Origin: Somniosus microcephalus
Lineage: Eukaryota
NCBI GenBank assembly: GCA_052327205.1
Contig: CM126222.1
Coordinates: forward strand, 66,650,001 to 66,714,000
Length of the DNA: 64,000 bases
Direction of reading: 5' to 3'
The notes under the pieces are model-generated. The model did no database searches, was not told the DNA's origin, and saw only the letters and a program-made list of their open reading frames with translations. Shown one piece after another: positions 52,108-63,869 of the stretch; the stretch's first letter is position 1, and every line of letters begins with the position of its first letter. A program made the position numbers and the translations under genes.

Positions 52108-52173
52108 GAGAGGATGGTTTCCCTTCTCTTACACTCGTGTAATGCAGGGTGGAATAAACGACAGATTGCACAA
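52108..52173 (+). CDS. BAIAP2: BAIAP2-type exon 11 equivalent (SH3 C-terminal part)
   Basis: ttctag|G AGA GGA TGG TTT CCC TTC TCT TAC...CAC AA|gtaagt; RGWFPFSYTRVMQGGINDRLH; phase 2/2 fits both neighbours. Confidence 0.95.
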
Positions 52174-52871
52174 GTAAGTGGCTTTTTAAAAATAAATGAT
52201 ATTTTTGAAGATGTGCTGATTTTCCCCCCCGGCCCACCCTGAACTAGGTTTTTGCTGGTGCCTGCGCCTTGCCCATACTTTGCATCATTGATTGTCCCAC
52301 TGAGTGGCCCAGCAGGCTTCCTGCTTCTACTTCTCTACCAGTGCCATTCTGTAATGAACCACTTTTGAGGAGCACAAAAGCAGTGGAAGTTGGCTTTCCT
52401 TCCTGGGGAAGGCCACTTCTGTTGTGCTGTGTGCTGCTGAACCTCGGTGAGCCATCACGTATGTCACTTGTATCTGACCTCTCCATGACACAGTACATTA
52501 GTATTCCAGTGCAGCATGCCAACATCATCACTGATAATTAAGATTCACGTTTGTACTAGTACTGACGATAAAGCTTTACACTTACACTTGTTAATTGCAA
52601 CAGCTCACTTTACCTATTGTTTATCAGACTTCGTTAATGATTCGATGAATAATTTATTCACATTCGACGATTTAATCTTCCAGTTCAGTCTTGTCCCCAA
52701 CTTAGTCTGGCTCAGTCACTGTTAATAGTGCATAAGACAAGCTTAAGACTTAAAAAGAGGGATAAACTATCCTGTTTGCGAAAAGTTATCCAATAACTGC
52801 TGCCGTCTCTGTTCAAGTTAATCAATCTGTATAGCTGGTCTAGAATGTGTGTCTTTTAAAAAAAATTTTAG

Positions 52872-53147
52872 TCGTCTTCTTCTTGGGCAGTCCCGAGGAT
52901 GACTTGCTTCCACATTAAAAATGAGTTCGCAGGTGACTGATGAGTCCGATGCGGGACCTACAGTCTCTGTCACAGGTGGGGCAGACGGTGGTTGAAGGGG
53001 CGGGTGGGTGGGGTGCTTGGGTTGACGTGCGTTCCTTGCGCTGCCTGCGCTTGGCTTCCGCTTGCTCCCTGCGAAGAGACTCGGTGTTCGGCGCCTTCCC
53101 AGATGTTTCTCCTCCACTTTGTGCGGTCTTGGGCCAAGGATTCCCAG
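52872..53147 (-). mobile_element. 5'-truncated RTE-clade LINE 3' end
   Basis: Minus strand WESLAQDRTKWRRNI...VCPTCDRDCRSRIGLISHLRTHF (C2H2-like end of an RTE ORF, with frameshifts). Confidence 0.85.
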
Positions 53148-53564
53148 GTTAATTTTAGTGTTACAATTATTATGTTCTATCTTAAGCAATTTATACTTCC
53201 TTCAGCCGCAGCAAGTAGGAGATAAAGTAGAAATGCGTTTTGATTCAATGACAGTGGAGAAAATAAACCAAGATATCTCCTTTCAATCTAAATTACTATC
53301 AATGACTGTGTTGATCTGTTCAGCTAAATTTTACATTAAGTACTCCAGAGCCACAGTCAAAATCTGGTTTACTGGTTACATCTGCAACTTTTATGCCATC
53401 TGCCAAATACGCAGTCACGCCATGAGTTGCATCCACCCAGCTTTTCAGGTCATGTAAAAACCGACATTAAGGTGTAATTTGTGCTCTGGATTTTGCAACA
53501 AATTATTTGCAAAAAATTATCTATTTTTAACATGGTTGCTTCTGAAGTGCCAGACGCCCTGTTT

Positions 53565-53790
53565 AAAGCTATTTAATCTCAGGTGCTACACTAACTGTTA
53601 GAACCATTTCATCTCCGGTGTTACACCTACCTTTCAAAGCCGTTTCATCTCCAATGTTACATCTACCTTTCAAAGCCATTTAATCTCCGGTGTTACATCT
53701 ACCTTTCAAAGCCATTTCATCTCCGGTGCTACACCTAACTTTCAAAGCCATTTCATCTCCGGTGCTACACCTAACTTTCAAAGCCATTTC
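53565..53790. repeat. 36-bp minisatellite, about 6 copies
   Basis: Unit ccatttcatctccggtgttacacctacctttcaaag at 53604, 53640, 53676, 53712, 53748, with partial or degenerate units at both ends. Confidence 0.92.
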
Positions 53791-55432
53791 TTTTGTGGAA
53801 ATATGGTCCTGAAATTCTTTCCAGTAAGAACAATTGCCTTATAATTCTGTTTTTCTTCCCACTCCCTTGATAACATTTTGGAAAATTTAAAAAAAACTTG
53901 TAATTCACTGATATCCAGCAACACAAGATAACGATCTTGAAGCAGGTGAAAGTTGTTCTACACATCCAGCTTTCCCTGTCATTTTAGGATGATTTTTGGA
54001 CCAATGTCATCTCCTGTCTTGGCACCAAGCCTGTTCCTCTATTCCTGCTGACTTGTGAATCTGTCCATTTTGTTTGATTGCTTGAACTGCGCCCATATTT
54101 GCTGTACTCGGTGGCAGTGTATAAATGAACATCTCTTGCGTGTCATGTAATTACTTAAAGTCTTGGAGTCGCATGGTATTGAAAGTACTGTAACCCTTGT
54201 CGACCATTAACGGTCCCCAGGCTACTTGCTCCAAATTCAATCAAGTAGATTGAGACAGGGAGAGAATTGGGCTAATTTGGCTGGATTCAAGAGTTATTTC
54301 TACATTTTTAAATAAAGCTGAGAGAAGTAAATGAAATTCTGAGATTATAGACTAATTGTATCTTCTGGCAACATTTTCGGACGCGTGATTTTTGTGATAG
54401 CACTTTGCTATGCTTGTCACGCTTGATTTGCCGATCTACTGAATTTTTCTCATGGCTGGATTTATCAACTAGTTTAACTTGATGTCAAGTTCCCCAGTCT
54501 GATCATCAAGCCGCACTCAAATCGACATCGCACTAATGGTTATGCTTGGATTCTTCCCATCTTAGAAGTCCTCCTAAACAAACATTCAGAAATCGGCGAG
54601 ACAGTATTCCTGTACCAAATGCTCAGACAAAAATACTTTTTATGCCCATAGTATAAGCTGCGCATGCTGAGGCATTGGGGTGAATACATTTGACGCACAC
54701 ATTGTGTGAACTTGGAGATGTTGATCCTTATTTGAAGAGAGCACTTTTCATGCTGGGACACCTAGAAGCTTGTTCTGTCAGTGCATCTTCCAGTCCTTTA
54801 CAGCTCCGAGGACCTAGAATCTATGCTTTTGGCATCGGCTCCTAGCCCCGTTAATTAGTTGTCATTTTAGACCCTGTATTTTCAAATTGAACATCCCCTA
54901 TTTTTAGTAGTGCATTTTCTTTTCTGAATGCTTTAAGAAGCTGTCTGAGGAAAAATATCCTTCTCAATGAATCCGGTTATAAAGTGGATTTTTAGGAAAG
55001 TTAACTTCAAGAAATATGGAACTGATACCTGCAAGAAAATGTTTCCATTGGGGTGGTTGAATTGTGCTAATTAATTCTCCCTGTAAGTAGTGTACATCTG
55101 AAATGGGGATGATTTAAACCCTTCTTTCGTCAAAACAGTATAGAGCTGATCTTGTAGAAGATTTAATAACTGATCTAATTATAAAAGTAAAGATCCAATT
55201 TGCACGACAACAGGCTTCTAGGGGTGAAAATGTGCTTTTGATTGCCCAGTGTCAGACTTGGCATTGATGATGACCCCATGTGGGTCAGACATGTTATGCA
55301 CATTGATTTTCCTCACTGACTCTACCATGCAAAGTGCCATCAATACACTTGGTTGATGAATAAACTTGTTTTAACTGGTACAATCCATATCTGTTCTCCA
55401 GTATTAATTTTGCCATGTTTTGCTGCATGCAG

Positions 55433-55601
55433 CTTGAGCCATGCAAAAAGCTGCAGCACGGGGAACCTTCTCCAGAAAGAGGATCTCTCCATTCCTCCAC
55501 CTGACTACAACACACCTCTAAGAATGACTTCTCATCCTGTGTCCAGCTCAAGCAGCTTCAAACCCAGGCCCTACAGTGTGGCAGTGCCAGGTTTCTCACA
55601 G
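55433..55601 (+). CDS. BAIAP2: BAIAP2-type exon 12 equivalent (PPPDY WW-binding motif)
   Basis: atgcag|C TTG AGC...TCA CAG|gtattt; 169 nt; LSHAKSCSTGNLLQKEDLSIPPPDY...FKPRPYSVAVPGFSQ. Confidence 0.94.
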
Positions 55602-55620
55602 GTATTTAAAACCACTTATT

Positions 55621-55785
55621 GTAAGTAAATTTCAACTTTGGTGGAGCACTAAACAGGTGGTAGCAGATTGGCAATCCGTTATACACCCCGCCCAACTGTC
55701 CTTTCCATGGACTTCAGGCGGGGTGTATAATGGGCCAATCAGCTACCGCCCGTTTTGTGTTCCCACCCAGGTTCATTTTCACCCC
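55621..55785. mobile_element. Fold-back (palindromic) MITE
   Basis: Core arms ttatacaccccgcc / ggcggggtgtataa with imperfect pairing extending outward (ggtagcagattggc / gccaatcagctacc). Confidence 0.65.
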
Positions 55786-55867
55786 ATTATTTCACTAAAA
55801 TTCAGGCTTCGTATTTTTCCTTACAACAGTACAAGATAATCAAATTCAATTTGTAGAGATAAGTGGG

Positions 55868-56090
55868 CAACATACAGGAACAGGAGGAGGCCATTCAGCC
55901 CATCAAGCCTGTTCTGCCATTCAGTTAGATCATGGCTGATCCGTATCTTAACGCCATCTACCCACCTTAGTTCTGTAACCTTTAATACCCCTACCTAACA
56001 AAAATCTATCATTCAGTTTTAAAATTTTCAATTGACCCCAGCTTCAACAGCTTTTTGGGGGAGAGAGTTTGAGATTTCCACTACCCTTCG
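55868..56090 (-). mobile_element. CR1 LINE 3' end
   Basis: aggaacaggaggaggccattcagcccatcaagcctg...gatcatggctgatc, reverse-complement homolog of the 10850-11070 tail. Confidence 0.8.
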
Positions 56091-57624
56091 TATACGGTAG
56101 AACTGAATAGGCATGCTCTCAGTCCTACTTTTTGTGATGGTGAAGCTACTGGCCTGAACTGTTTCGAAACTTTTTCATTTATCTTGCATCCCACATCAGT
56201 ATTATTTTTATGGCATTATATTTTATCTGTGGCTCTGGACAACCATGGTAGAAAGTGTGTTGCACATGCACAGAAAGGACTTCAATACACGCTTGCATTG
56301 AGCATTTTATAATGTGCTGGTGGAAAGGACAATTGATCTGACAGTATATCTCTGAAAATGGGGTTCTGAAAGATAGAGTTTCATTTATACAGCATCTTGT
56401 CATGTAACATGAAACTAAATGCTTTGAAATGCACTGACTTATATAAGCAAAGACAGCCAAATATAGACTTTAACTAAAAGCACAGAATGCTTTGAACATC
56501 CTTACAAATATTTTCGCAGCTATTTAAAAAAAAAAGTAAAATCATTGAAATCGTGCTTATTTTTTAATTTAAAAAATTGTGCACCATAAACACTAGTGCT
56601 GTCTTCAAGTGATTAAGTTAGTACAACTGTGTAAAGTATCAGCAACTTGATGATTGTCATCAGCACAGCAGAGCTATTGAGTCACTAATGCAAAATCCAA
56701 CAGAAGATTAGGTTGTTCATAGCTGAGTTTCAAACAAATTCACAAGAGATTCAGGCTGAACTTCAGGGTTTTAATTACAACATGGTGATCGCACACAGCG
56801 GAGCCTCTTCACGCCACACAACACTCCTTAATCCAAGTTTCTAGGTCATCTGCTTGTTACGCATTTAAACAACTTAATATTCTGTTCAGAGACTGCTGCA
56901 AACCTGGTCCATTAGGTCAGTGAACATGTAAAGACCAGAGGAGTTATTTTATAAATTAATTAGTGCTGAAATTGTTTTCTTTCCTGAAAGGGGAATGCCA
57001 TTGAATTTCTAATGAGCAGAAATTGAGAGATTTTGAGAATCTATTGGTTTTCAGCTACTTTGTGCAGCAACTTTAAATGTTATTGTGGTGAATAAGATGC
57101 TCATCTCTGTTTTAAATTTCAATTCACATTGCCCACATCACCATAATCTCCTGTAGGGATACCTGTTCTATTGATAACCTTTTCAATCAATATTTTGGCT
57201 GTAGGGTTATATAAACGCAGTCATTAAAAAAAATTCTGTACTATTGTTCTCCCACTCCTCCTGTGTTGTCTGTGGTGCGACAGGCTTCATAATCCAGTTC
57301 CTGGATAGCGGTTGTGCTCCTCCTTGGTTGGTTTTACCTGTGGAGACACCTGTGAACGATGCAGGAAGGGATCTCCTCTTCCTTCCTTTCTCCCAGAGGA
57401 ATTGGCCAAGTAGAGTTGGCCTCGAGCTATTGTGATTTGCACTCTGACAGAGACTTTATTAGTTATGAAGATTTTTGTTTCTCAGGAGATTGCACTAATG
57501 TTAATAAACCAGGTACGACCAATTTCTAATATTCCACCAGCTTCGTTCTCAGTGGGAAACTACAACCACATAGGATTTTCTTTTCACTTCCATATATTGA
57601 GAGAATCCCGTGAGCTAAGAAATG

Positions 57625-58040
57625 GCAGCGGCCTTAGAATCCGAAGGTTGTGGGTTCAGGCCCCACCCTGGGACCTAGGTACCTAATCTAAGCTCACATC
57701 TCTCGAGTACTGAGAGAATGCTGCATTATTGGAGGTCATAGTCATAGAGTTTTACAGCAGGCATGTTGAGCTGAGGCTCTGCCTGCCTGCTCAGATTGAC
57801 GTAAAAGGCCCCTTAGCACTATTTGAAGAGCAGGGCGTTCTCCCAGTGTCCTGGACAGCATTTATTCTTCAACCTAAACAGATTAACCAGTCCTTCAGCT
57901 CATTGCTGTTTGCTGTGTGCAAATTGGCTGTTGTGTTTGCCTACATTACAACACTAACTGCATTTCAAAGTAATTTATTGGCTATGAAGTGCTTTTGGAC
58001 CCCTGAGGGCAGGAAAGATGTATAAATGCAAGTTCTTTCT
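57625..58040 (+). mobile_element. Near full-length Deu-domain SINE (SacSINE1-like)
   Basis: tRNA-like head (gaaggttgtgggttcaggcccc), central block homologous to 9693-9915, L2-type tail tataaatgcaagttctttctt. Confidence 0.7.
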
Positions 58041-58270
58041 TAGTCAGTTACTCCTTTGAAAATTCATCCCTGGAAATGTACTAAATATTTGATATTGTGG
58101 TGATGGTCGTGGGGGGGAGTGCACAATATTGAGCACAAAGGGGTTCAGAGTCATCATTAATAAAAGTTGGTAATAATGTGTATTTGCAGCAGAATAATAA
58201 CGGAGTGTAAGCATTGATGCTGACATCTAGTGGCCACTCTGGTAATACTAATTTATGTCATTCGTTCCAG

Positions 58271-58305
58271 GGCATGGACTACAGTCATTCAAGAATGTCT
58301 TTGAA
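58271..58305 (+). CDS. BAIAP2: BAIAP2-type exon 13 equivalent (35-nt exon before the alternative C-termini)
   Basis: ttccag|GGC ATG GAC TAC AGT CAT TCA AGA ATG TCT TTG AA|gtaaga; GMDYSHSRMSL, compare mammalian GLDDYGARSMS. Confidence 0.88.
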
Positions 58306-58684
58306 GTAAGATTTTTTTCAATTAAATTTTAGAAGAAAAATGTTATACTGTTGCACGAAATCATAAATCAAGCTTTTTATATATTAATTTCATAAGCAAA
58401 GGAAGCAGGGCGCAAAACCAACAATGCCAAGTTACGTATGATTGTTTGATTGGGTATTGTGCAGCCAGTCAGAGATGTGAACGCACGCTGTTGCGGGATC
58501 AGTCTCCATCTGAAAGAATGGCTCAAACTAGCCATTTTTGTGGGTAGCTTTTAAATATTGTTATGTAAGATTAGCAGGGTTTCTGATGTGTCATTGTGAG
58601 TTTTCAAACTAGTCATCACAGTGTAATGATATTTTAAGTTTATTTTAATTACTAGAATACTTTTCCTGTATTTAATTTTTTTTT

Positions 58685-59045
58685 TCTGGCTCCCCTCCTT
58701 TCCTGAAGGTGTTGATCTTTGGACAGGGTTTGATTCCACAAGTTTCAGTTGCCCCGCGGCCATTACTGAGGTGGAAGCCTTGATGGTGAATGTTGGCAGG
58801 CTATTCCACAACTGGAACCATCGAGGAAGAGCCCAATCCTGTCCTCACCAACCCCCCCCCCCCCCCCCCCCCCTCCCCCCTACCCCCTACCTTGTCTAGA
58901 CCAGCAGCCTTCCCTCTGAATGCTGAGCAGCACCAGCTGGGCTTCCTCTTCCCAAGCCAAAGGCTGCTGGGGCCAGTGGTAGCGTCTTGACCATCTGGTC
59001 TGTATGAATTATCTACTGGCTGGATAATATCACTGAGCCATCGAT
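58685..59045 (-). mobile_element. LF-SINE-like copy in the intron before the alternative terminal exons
   Basis: cctgaaggtgttgatc...gttggcaggctattc...aatcctgtcctcacc, reverse complement of the recalled LF-SINE body. Confidence 0.55.
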
Positions 59046-59196
59046 TGGAGGGAGGGCCTTCCTCTATTGGTAATAAGTAGATGAAAATTTAACTTTGTTA
59101 ATTATGTTATGTCTGAGTTTAGTATTGTGTAGTTTGATTTCCCTCCCAGAGTTTCGCACTTATAGGTACAAACCAAATGAATTTTTTTCATTGCAG

Positions 59197-59224
59197 TTCT
59201 GATGCCGAGGTTGCAAGGTTTTGA
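59197..59224 (+). CDS. BAIAP2: Alternative terminal exon, IRSp53 T-type C-terminus (N)SDAEVARF*
   Basis: ttttttcattgcag|T TCT GAT GCC GAG GTT GCA AGG TTT TGA; correct phase after exon 13; matches recalled mammalian SADVEVARF. Confidence 0.85.
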
Positions 59225-61272
59225 ATGTAAAGTTCTGCCACATATAAGGCCTCTCTAGATTAGTAAGTTTGGCATTTCAATATGCCAGTCTGACTTTTAT
59301 CACCTTGTCTGTCACTGGTGACGATCACTCATTTCCCACTGTGGCTTCGCAAATGGGCAAGTTCTGTCTCACTTTCTCCACAGTCCTGAGCTACATCTGT
59401 TTCTATGTTTCATACTGGCAAAAAAACCCATATTATTGTTGCATTGTTTTGAAAATGTAAGTCAAATGTACTAACTGGCGTGGAACAGCTCCTTCAATTC
59501 TATTTATTTCAAATTTAAGATTGTCAGAACTTTATTACGAGGACAATTACCTCCAGAATCAATCCTGTCTCCATTTAAAAGACATTGTGACTGTGCTGCG
59601 TGCCGGCACTTCTCTTCCCCCCCACACTTTCCAGTGTTTTGCTGTTTAGTGCCACTCTCCAACTGATTGGTAGAAGCTACATTTCATGTGGTTCGGCTGG
59701 TCTCCACCAGCTTTCCTCCCCTCTGCGGTCGAACCCCCTCACTTGCATTGAGTGGAGCCTATCGAGAACCGACAGAAAGCACTAAATGGAGGCCAGCAAG
59801 TGAGTGGGAGAGGCAGCAGCACCGGGAATGGAACCAGCAAAGCTGATGATGCTAGTCCACAATGTCCAAGTGGCCATTAAAGGAATAGTGTCCTAAATAT
59901 GCTCAACAAAGCTTTGTCTAAAAGATTTTTTTTATCCAATAACTTTTTAAATTTTGTATAATATAACTTGTTTCTGTTCCCTTTGGGTGGCTTACTGTGT
60001 TAGGAAATCAGCTGATGTTTTTCTGTCGTCACTTCATCACTGTCCACCTTTTGGGTCTCTTTGTTGTTGCACCAATCACACATAAGCTTCTATGACTCAG
60101 GGCATTGACTCACTTTGGTTCTGTGATTCATTGCTGACGATCCCTCTGCTGACCTCCTGTGGCTTGCAATTTACTGGCTGATGTGATTTATTCCAATAAG
60201 TCACTTACGGTTGTGTTACCATTTCAGCACGGCAAGAGCAGATGTGCCACAGACAAATACAGATGGTGCACGCTGCAGCATGACTTCATGTTAATGGTCA
60301 GCTGACGCCTTTCACAGCATTAAAGATTTCATTTAGTTTTCATTCTAGCAGTTTGTACTTTGCAATTTCAAAATCTCTCAAGCAGTCAAATTAAATTGCA
60401 GATTGTTAAAACTTGTTGAAACTTTGAGCATGTAAAAACTTGTTGAAACTTTGAGCATGTAAATTATGTTTTTAAGTTATGTTTGATTATTATACCAATC
60501 CCATGGGTTAATATAAATTGGGCAGCCGTACTACAGTAATTTTGAAGTTTGAATTGAAATATCTCCAAGTAAACCAGTAATCCATCTGCCAAAGGAAACC
60601 TAGTATAAACTAATCAATTATTCAAGTTTTCTATATAACCTGTTGTGATGTTAGGTCAGAAAAGTCTAAAAGTGTGGTCCAGTGCTGTGTGTCAAGACAG
60701 CAGGAGCAGAGGCTAGATACAGAGAGGGCCGAGGAGCAATCAGCATTCTTGCACATCTCACAGCTAGATCAAGAGCAGCATTGAACGGGGTTCAGGGAAC
60801 AGCAGTCCTGCTGTCTGCCCATCCACTGGGTAACAGAACTAACTGTGGCATAGACACCCTACAAAGGGCAAGAAAACAAGACACATTTTCTTAAATGCAT
60901 CTTTCAGTAAGAAAACATTCAGAAGAAATAAACTAAAACCGTGTCAGTAATGTAAAACCTCAAACAAACGTTAAGAGAGTGTAATCCTCATTTAATACAG
61001 CACTGGGTAAAAATCCTTGTGGAAACCAGATTTTCAAACTTTTGCAGATCAATGAATTGCATTTTATTGTTACCTCGTAGCCAGCTGCAGAAAGGCATTT
61101 TATATTCTATAACGAGCAGGTCACGCCCAATATTTGTTCCCAATATTCACAACAAAGTAACTCATAGGTGCCATGAGCTCTTGCAAGCCGTACTGTCATG
61201 GTGTCACTGCTGTATTCCTCTGAATAACCCATTGCATTAATATGCTTTTCTCTCTCTTTCTCCCCTCCACAG

Positions 61273-61342
61273 AGAAGCTGTTGCAAATGTCAAATTGAAG
61301 CCAACCAAAATAAATGACAGATCAGTCCCTATAGTGAACTGA
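61273..61342 (+). CDS. BAIAP2: Alternative terminal exon, M-type WH2-like C-terminus (K)EAVANVKLKPTKINDRSVPIVN*
   Basis: Strong pyrimidine tract, ccacag|A GAA GCT...AAC TGA; aligns to recalled RNPFAHVQLKPTVTNDRSAPLLS. Confidence 0.9.
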
Positions 61343-63495
61343 ACACCGACTCTGCAAGATTCTTACACTGTACACTTGCTACTGGCAAAAGATGCCAAAG
61401 ATGTCTAAATCTGAAACTTCACCTGCATGAAAACAGTGTCTTTAGACTAGAATTGACCCATCTGAAGATGGTCACTAAAGTTACAGATATATCAGTTGCA
61501 CATGTTGCTATGGAAATGCCACTTTTAAATCCCGCCTGTCCTATTCCCTGCTTTATATTTGAGGGATCATGTGGAGGGAATTGTTTAATTACAGTTGTCT
61601 GGTTAGGGATTTGTATGGTGTTTGTAATTTATGCATGTGTTTAAGAATTAGCAATTAGTATTTTTTTATTATATACTTTGTACTAATCAGCATATAAAAC
61701 AATATTTTATTACCTGGCTATTTGTGGGAGTTGGCTAAATATTGACACTTTGTAGAAACTAGAATACTACAATGTTGAACAATTGTTAAACTAGTTATAA
61801 AGCGTATACTGTGCTCAATTCCAAAATAAGTGTTTTAGGGAAAAAAAATCAATCAAATTGTAGAATTTGTGTATATAACCGAGCTAACTTTCATCCAAAG
61901 TTACCTCAATTTGTTAAAATTTTAGTGGTCACTATTTGAATCCTTGCTCTCACCTATAAAGCTTCCATTCCTTCTGAAAATAATAACTAAGTACTCTGGT
62001 GACGGCAAGGATATTGTATAATCTGCAGAAACAGAACTTTATACTTTTTGTAGAATTTTAGGTTTCATCTGTTTTTTTTCTCCCAACAAACAGCACAATG
62101 TAAAGTTATCAAAGGTTCTTTCACATTCTTATCTGTTGTATGTAGTGCTTCCTTTTAAATTTCTTATTGACTATCAATGGTGGAAGGTCAGTCGAACGAG
62201 TAAATAAGTCGCTGCAGCCCCCCGATACATAGAATGGAATCATACCCGCGAGCTGATGGGACCGAGAAACGGGAAGCATGAAGCGGAGGGAAACATTCTT
62301 GTTCTTTCTCTTGCGCAAAGTTCAAAGTGCAGTGAGGAGGAAAGAATGTAGTAAGTGTCCCTTTTATATATTAACTTCATTGCTTCAAAATGTGAGCGGA
62401 ATTGGAAAGTCTTATTTTTTTATTCTGTAAATAGTGACAAAGTGGAAGAAACATTTGCAGGTGTGGGATGTACATGACGTGATAGTCATTTCAATACAGC
62501 AATAGTTTGAGTGGTGACTCCCTTGCAAATGGAATATTTAAAGGTGCATTGCACAGGGGTTGATTAGACACTGAGATAATCAGTATTATTAATGCGGGGA
62601 AAAAACACTCTGGGTCAGTTTCTTTTTATGAATGTAAAGTGTTCTGTAATCTCTAAGAAATGCTATGTGGCTAGTCAGTTATTGGAAAAAATAATCTTGT
62701 TAATATATATCGTCCCATATTTTTGTCAAATTATACAAGTCATTTTTTAGTTGCACAGTGCTAAAGCAAGTTAAAGAATGAGACCTGTTGTCATCACTAA
62801 AGGAACAGTAGTTGGACTATTGAAGGAGTTGACGCATTTAGCCATTTAAATGCTATACTGCAACAACCAAATGAAATGTACGATTCTCTGTGGGTATGTT
62901 TTGAGTAAAGTCAGTAGATTAAAACTTTATAAGCAACTTATTGAATCTGTCACTTTGGTTTGTCTTAAACTGGTTGTAGATAATGAAGCAAAAGTAGCTG
63001 AAGCTTAGACTCTTGCTGAGAATGGTAGTTTTTTTTGTAAAGTAATGAATACCAAATTCAATCTGTGCAGTTTCATATTTATATTGATTTTGAAAACTTG
63101 GCACTTCAGTACTTACCAGCCTCTCTTATTTTGTGCTATTGTAGAGAATCTGTTACAGAAAAATGTATCCACTTGCCACCTCAGTGCATTAAACCCCATG
63201 TATAAAACAACCACTGTGCTTTTTTTCAGTTCTGTATTAAGCCCTCATGCCTTTACTTTTGACATTATCACAGGAATATGTTTTAATGTGTCTTTTATTT
63301 TTACATAAGCTTTATAATGTAGTATGAGACATGACATAATCTGTATCATAATGCAGATTTCTACAGCTGCCATTTTTTTCATAAATCACCATGTTTTGTG
63401 AATTAAATTGACTGATTTAGAGTATATTTCTTCTGGTAATCAAATGATTTTGATAGTAACTTATGCGAAATAAAATTGATTCACTGTTTAAAAAC
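61343..63495 (+). other. Putative 3' UTR of the distal isoform
   Basis: AT-rich stretch with no recognisable transposons after the stop codon, ending near AATAAA and a GT/T-rich downstream tract; the end is approximate. Confidence 0.55.
63469..63474 (+). terminator. Candidate polyadenylation signal
   Basis: AATAAA followed about 25-45 nt later by ttgtctctgtgttcctttt. Confidence 0.5.
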
Positions 63496-63869
63496 CCTCC
63501 TTGTCTCTGTGTTCCTTTTATTGAAGTTTTCTAGTTGAAAAGTTCAGTGATTTGTTACTACACTGGTCCTTTTATCATTCACTCTTCTCATACCTTCTCC
63601 TCAGCGCTCCAGGGCCTGCATATTATTCCAGTCAAACGGGTGTTACAACTTCCATCTGTGGCTTGGCTGTTTTGAGTTGTTCAGGAATACTGTGGGAATG
63701 CCCTCTTTTCCCCCCCTTGCGTGGAAGCTTACTCTTCCCTACCCCGCCCGCCTCCAACCCAAGTAAGCACAACTTAGATTGAGGGCTTGCCATGTGGGGT
63801 ATTGTAGAAACAGTTACATCCTAACATTTTGTGACATATCACAGCACCACTGCATTGTCATTTACTCAT

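Noticed and set aside
53565-53790. 36-bp periodic repeat as a CRISPR array
   Set aside because: Units are contiguous with no unique spacers, there are no cas genes and the context is a vertebrate intron
58600-58626. …KLVITV* resembling the S-isoform PDZ tail (LVSTV)
   Set aside because: In-frame TGA immediately upstream (58597-58599) and no AG acceptor in the required phase
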